NCBI RefSeq assembly: GCF_000189295.2
Contig: NC_016803.1
Coordinates: forward strand, 1,440,001-1,472,000
Direction: 5' to 3'
DNA from: Pseudodesulfovibrio mercurii
GTDB lineage: Bacteria > Desulfobacterota > Desulfovibrionia > Desulfovibrionales > Desulfovibrionaceae
Length of the DNA: 32,000 nt
The position numbers and the translations under genes are program-made. The first letter of the stretch is position 1, and every line of letters starts with the position of its first letter. The notes beneath the pieces were generated by a model. It saw nothing but the letters and a program-made list of their open reading frames with translations, ran no database searches and was not told where the DNA came from. Shown in pieces: positions 29,578 to 32,000 of this stretch.

Positions 29578-32000
29578 GACCGTCCTCCTCCCGGGACGGG
29601 ACCCCATCGGGGGACGGGGCTTCGGACCCGTCCCCCGCCATTTTTCCCAGAGCCTCGGCGGTCATCTTGCCGATCTCGTCCAGGTAGGCCCCGTAGCGGG
29701 TCAGGTAGAAGGACAGCCCCTTGGCGAAGTTGCGGCCCACCAGCCCGTCCACGAAGAGCATGGACACGGACTGTTCCTCGCGCAAAATCTGCTGCGAGGC
29801 CAGGAACACGGCAAGCTCGTCCTCGGACATGGCCTCCAGGGCCCGGCGCAGGGCCTCGCGGGCGCGCGGCTTGTAGGCCATGATGTAGAGCAGGTCCAGG
29901 GCGTTGGCGATGACCTCGGGCACGTGGTTGAAGTTCGACTCCCGTGAGAAGGCGATGAACTCGGCGGGCCGGTTGAGCATGCCGAGCATGTCCCTGGTGG
30001 GGAAGGCGATCTCCAGCCGCGAGTAGATCTCGAAGACCTGGCGCAGCTTCTCGGAGTAGTCCCAGCGGCGCATGGCGATGTTCCGCCTGCGGTCGGCGAA
30101 CCCCTCAATGACTCCGGCCACGCAGTCCGAGGCGAGCTTGGAGATGACCGCCGCCCAGAGCTGCAGCACGGCCAGGGGATCGGTCGAGCCCGCCAGGATG
30201 AGCATGCCCTCCACGCCCCAGTTGAAGAGCATGGCGATGGGGATGGACAGGACGCTGCGGAAGAAGTTGGCTGCGGCCGCCTCCCTGGGCAGCCCCCGGA
30301 CCACGTTGTGGCTCGAGATGTACACCCCGTTGGTCAGGGCCATGATGGAGTAGAGCAGCAGCGGGTTGGTGGCCGTGGTCACGCCGAAGCCCTTGTCCAG
30401 GACCACGGACTTGCACAGCCAGTCCAGCAGGGGCACGGAGAAGCCGGTGTAGAGCAGGGACTCGGAGATACGCTCCCAGTCCAGATAATCGTTCCAGGCC
30501 AGGTAGGCCGAGCGCCGGAACCCGCCCCCGCCAAGCACGGACTGGATGACGTTGCGCAGGCCGGTGATGGAGAACCAGATGATCCCCCCGAAATAGGCCA
30601 GGACCCACCAATCCTTGGTCAGGTAGAAGGTCAGGAAGGCGGGTATGAACCCGGCCAGGATCTTGAACACGTTCTTGAGCCCGGTGTTCAGGTGGCCGAG
30701 GGAGGGACGGCGCTTGCAGGAATCCTCGGGCTCGAACAGGGACAGCCCGTTGCCCTGCCGCCGCTTGCCGCCCAGGGCGATGACGTTGCCGCCCGCCTCG
30801 GTCACGGCATAGCCGTCCACGCGCCAGCGGCTGCACGTACGGCAGACCAGCCTTCGCAGGCCAGAGACCTGGGCGGCCATGTGGACCAGCCCGCTCCACC
30901 AGCCCCGGCCCTGCCGGGGCATGACGTACTCGTTGGACCGGATGGCCGTGCCCTGCACCGGGATGCGGTCTGCGGGGCGCAGCCGGGCGGCCTCGCGCTG
31001 GGCGCGCAGGGGCAGGGTCTCAAGGACCGCGAAGCCCATGCCGTGGGTCCGGGTGGAACGCCCGGTGGAACCCGAGCCAATGCTCGTGCCCAGGGGCAGC
31101 CGCTTGTAGAATTCGAGGAGCCGGTCGAACCGCTCCAGGATGCCTTCGAGGACGCGCAGCCTGTCCTCGGACTCTTCCCCGCCCCGCTCGCGGACGGAGT
31201 CCATGCACCCCCGGATGAGGCGCTTGAGCTTGACCGCGTTCTGCTCGTTCAGGGCCTGCTGCAACTGGCTGAAGGGCATGCGCAGTAGGGTCTGTCCCGG
31301 CTCCAGATGCTTGGTGTTGAAGACCTCCAGGTGGGTGATCCGCCCCTGGCACTGGAACAGAATCTCCAGGGCGTCCTCCAGTTCGAGGTCGGCCAGGATC
31401 AGGGTCAGGTGGCTGGAGTGGGCGGCCTTGCGCAGCCTTGAAGACAGCTCGGCCGGGGTCAGGGAGAGCAGGTCGGGCATGCCCCCGGCCCGCGGCGCGT
31501 CCGGGTTCGGAATGTCCGTGTTCTCCTCCGGGGAGAGGTAGCGGGCCACCAGGGTGTCCACGTCCAGGGCGTCCAGGGACTCCACCTGCATGGCGATGGC
31601 CGCCTTGGCGTCGTAGTCGGCCTCGTCGAAGCCCCGGCGCAGGGCGGTCACCCGCTCCTCGAAGAGCGGCATGGCCAGGCAGTGGATGTAGTTGCCCAGG
31701 TGCAGCACGGACGGCTGCTCCACGCCTGCGGAGGCAGCCATTTCATCATAAGATACCGGCGGGAGCAGGACCCCGAATTCCTTGTGAATGGACTGACGGT
31801 GGCGGGTGTTGAAGGCCTCGATCACGGCCCGGACGTATGCGGACCGTGCGGCGTGCACCTCCCGGCCCCGTTCCATGAGCTCGCGCACGGCGTCCACCCG
31901 AAACAGCCCCTCTATGTCGCAGTCGTCGCGCAATCCGCCCGGACACCAGACGATCTTGACGAACCGACCCCGGTGCATTGCCCGGTATTCGATGCCGATG
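29546..32000 (-). CDS. Large (>810 aa) multi-pass membrane protein of unknown function; the frame stays open to the window edge, so it is probably 5'-truncated
   Basis: Soluble N-terminal region of about 420 aa, then at least 6 hydrophobic helices (FKILAGFIPAFLTFYL, WVLAYFGGIIWFSITGL, LLLYSIMALTNGVYI, FFRSVLSIPIAMLFNWGV, LQLWAAVISKLASDCVAGVI), then a soluble C-terminal region of about 170 aa. No stop occurs upstream of the Met at 31978, and no SD is present there. Confidence 0.6.
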   Translation of the reverse strand, partial: IGIEYRAMHRGRFVKIVWCPGGLRDDCDIEGLFRVDAVRELMERGREVHAARSAYVRAVIEAFNTRHRQSIHKEFGVLLPPVSYDEMAASAGVEQPSVLHLGNYIHCLAMPLFEERVTALRRGFDEADYDAKAAIAMQVESLDALDVDTLVARYLSPEENTDIPNPDAPRAGGMPDLLSLTPAELSSRLRKAAHSSHLTLILADLELEDALEILFQCQGRITHLEVFNTKHLEPGQTLLRMPFSQLQQALNEQNAVKLKRLIRGCMDSVRERGGEESEDRLRVLEGILERFDRLLEFYKRLPLGTSIGSGSTGRSTRTHGMGFAVLETLPLRAQREAARLRPADRIPVQGTAIRSNEYVMPRQGRGWWSGLVHMAAQVSGLRRLVCRTCSRWRVDGYAVTEAGGNVIALGGKRRQGNGLSLFEPEDSCKRRPSLGHLNTGLKNVFKILAGFIPAFLTFYLTKDWWVLAYFGGIIWFSITGLRNVIQSVLGGGGFRRSAYLAWNDYLDWERISESLLYTGFSVPLLDWLCKSVVLDKGFGVTTATNPLLLYSIMALTNGVYISSHNVVRGLPREAAAANFFRSVLSIPIAMLFNWGVEGMLILAGSTDPLAVLQLWAAVISKLASDCVAGVIEGFADRRRNIAMRRWDYSEKLRQVFEIYSRLEIAFPTRDMLGMLNRPAEFIAFSRESNFNHVPEVIANALDLLYIMAYKPRAREALRRALEAMSEDELAVFLASQQILREEQSVSMLFVDGLVGRNFAKGLSFYLTRYGAYLDEIGKMTAEALGKMAGDGSEAPSPDGVPSREEDGLTHSCRGYER

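Noticed and set aside
1-32000. CRISPR arrays, tRNA and rRNA genes, prophage or defence-island gene sets
   Set aside because: No regularly spaced direct repeats, no cloverleaf-like or rRNA-like conserved segments, and no recognisable phage, restriction-modification, toxin-antitoxin or Cas proteins were seen on either strand.

Overview
This is a high-GC bacterial chromosome segment. Its gene content and protein sequences look Desulfovibrio-like (a sulfate-reducing deltaproteobacterium), but that is inference only. I can support about 27 protein-coding genes.

**Gene content, in order:**
- The 3' end of modB, followed by a repeat protein.
- A tightly packed five-gene minus-strand signalling operon: a PhnD-like lipoprotein, a sensor kinase with a 9-Cys insert, a stand-alone receiver, a PEP-utilising-type dikinase, and a dual-specificity phosphatase fused to a CxxCxxCC domain.
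- Two small membrane proteins and a TauE/SafE anion exporter.
- A complete 2,181-bp IS1595-family element with imperfect terminal inverted repeats and an 8-bp AAGTTAAA target duplication. It carries a 314-aa passenger ORF of unknown function.
- A 4x[4Fe-4S] protein gene divergent from a signal-less molybdopterin oxidoreductase gene.
- A lower-GC outer-membrane beta-barrel gene and a phosphomannomutase/phosphoglucomutase gene.
- arsR-acr3-arsC and proVWX.
- A membrane-anchored sigma-54 activator, divergent from a Cache-type histidine kinase that sits behind a near-consensus sigma-54 promoter.
- A large membrane protein truncated at its 5' end by the window edge.

I saw no rRNA, tRNA or CRISPR.

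**Most noteworthy observations:**
- The signalling operon's only output is a translationally coupled dikinase/phosphatase pair.
- The IS passenger gene is unassignable, and the IS appears to split a FeS-TauE operon.
- The sigma-54 activator is atypical: transmembrane sensor, GAFSEA loop, and a winged-helix domain instead of a Fis-type HTH.
- The intergenic regions at 15.9-16.05 kb and 24.7-25.15 kb are strongly structured and share a repeat.

Many long ORFs in the supplied track are antisense or alternate-frame artefacts of the GC-rich sequence.
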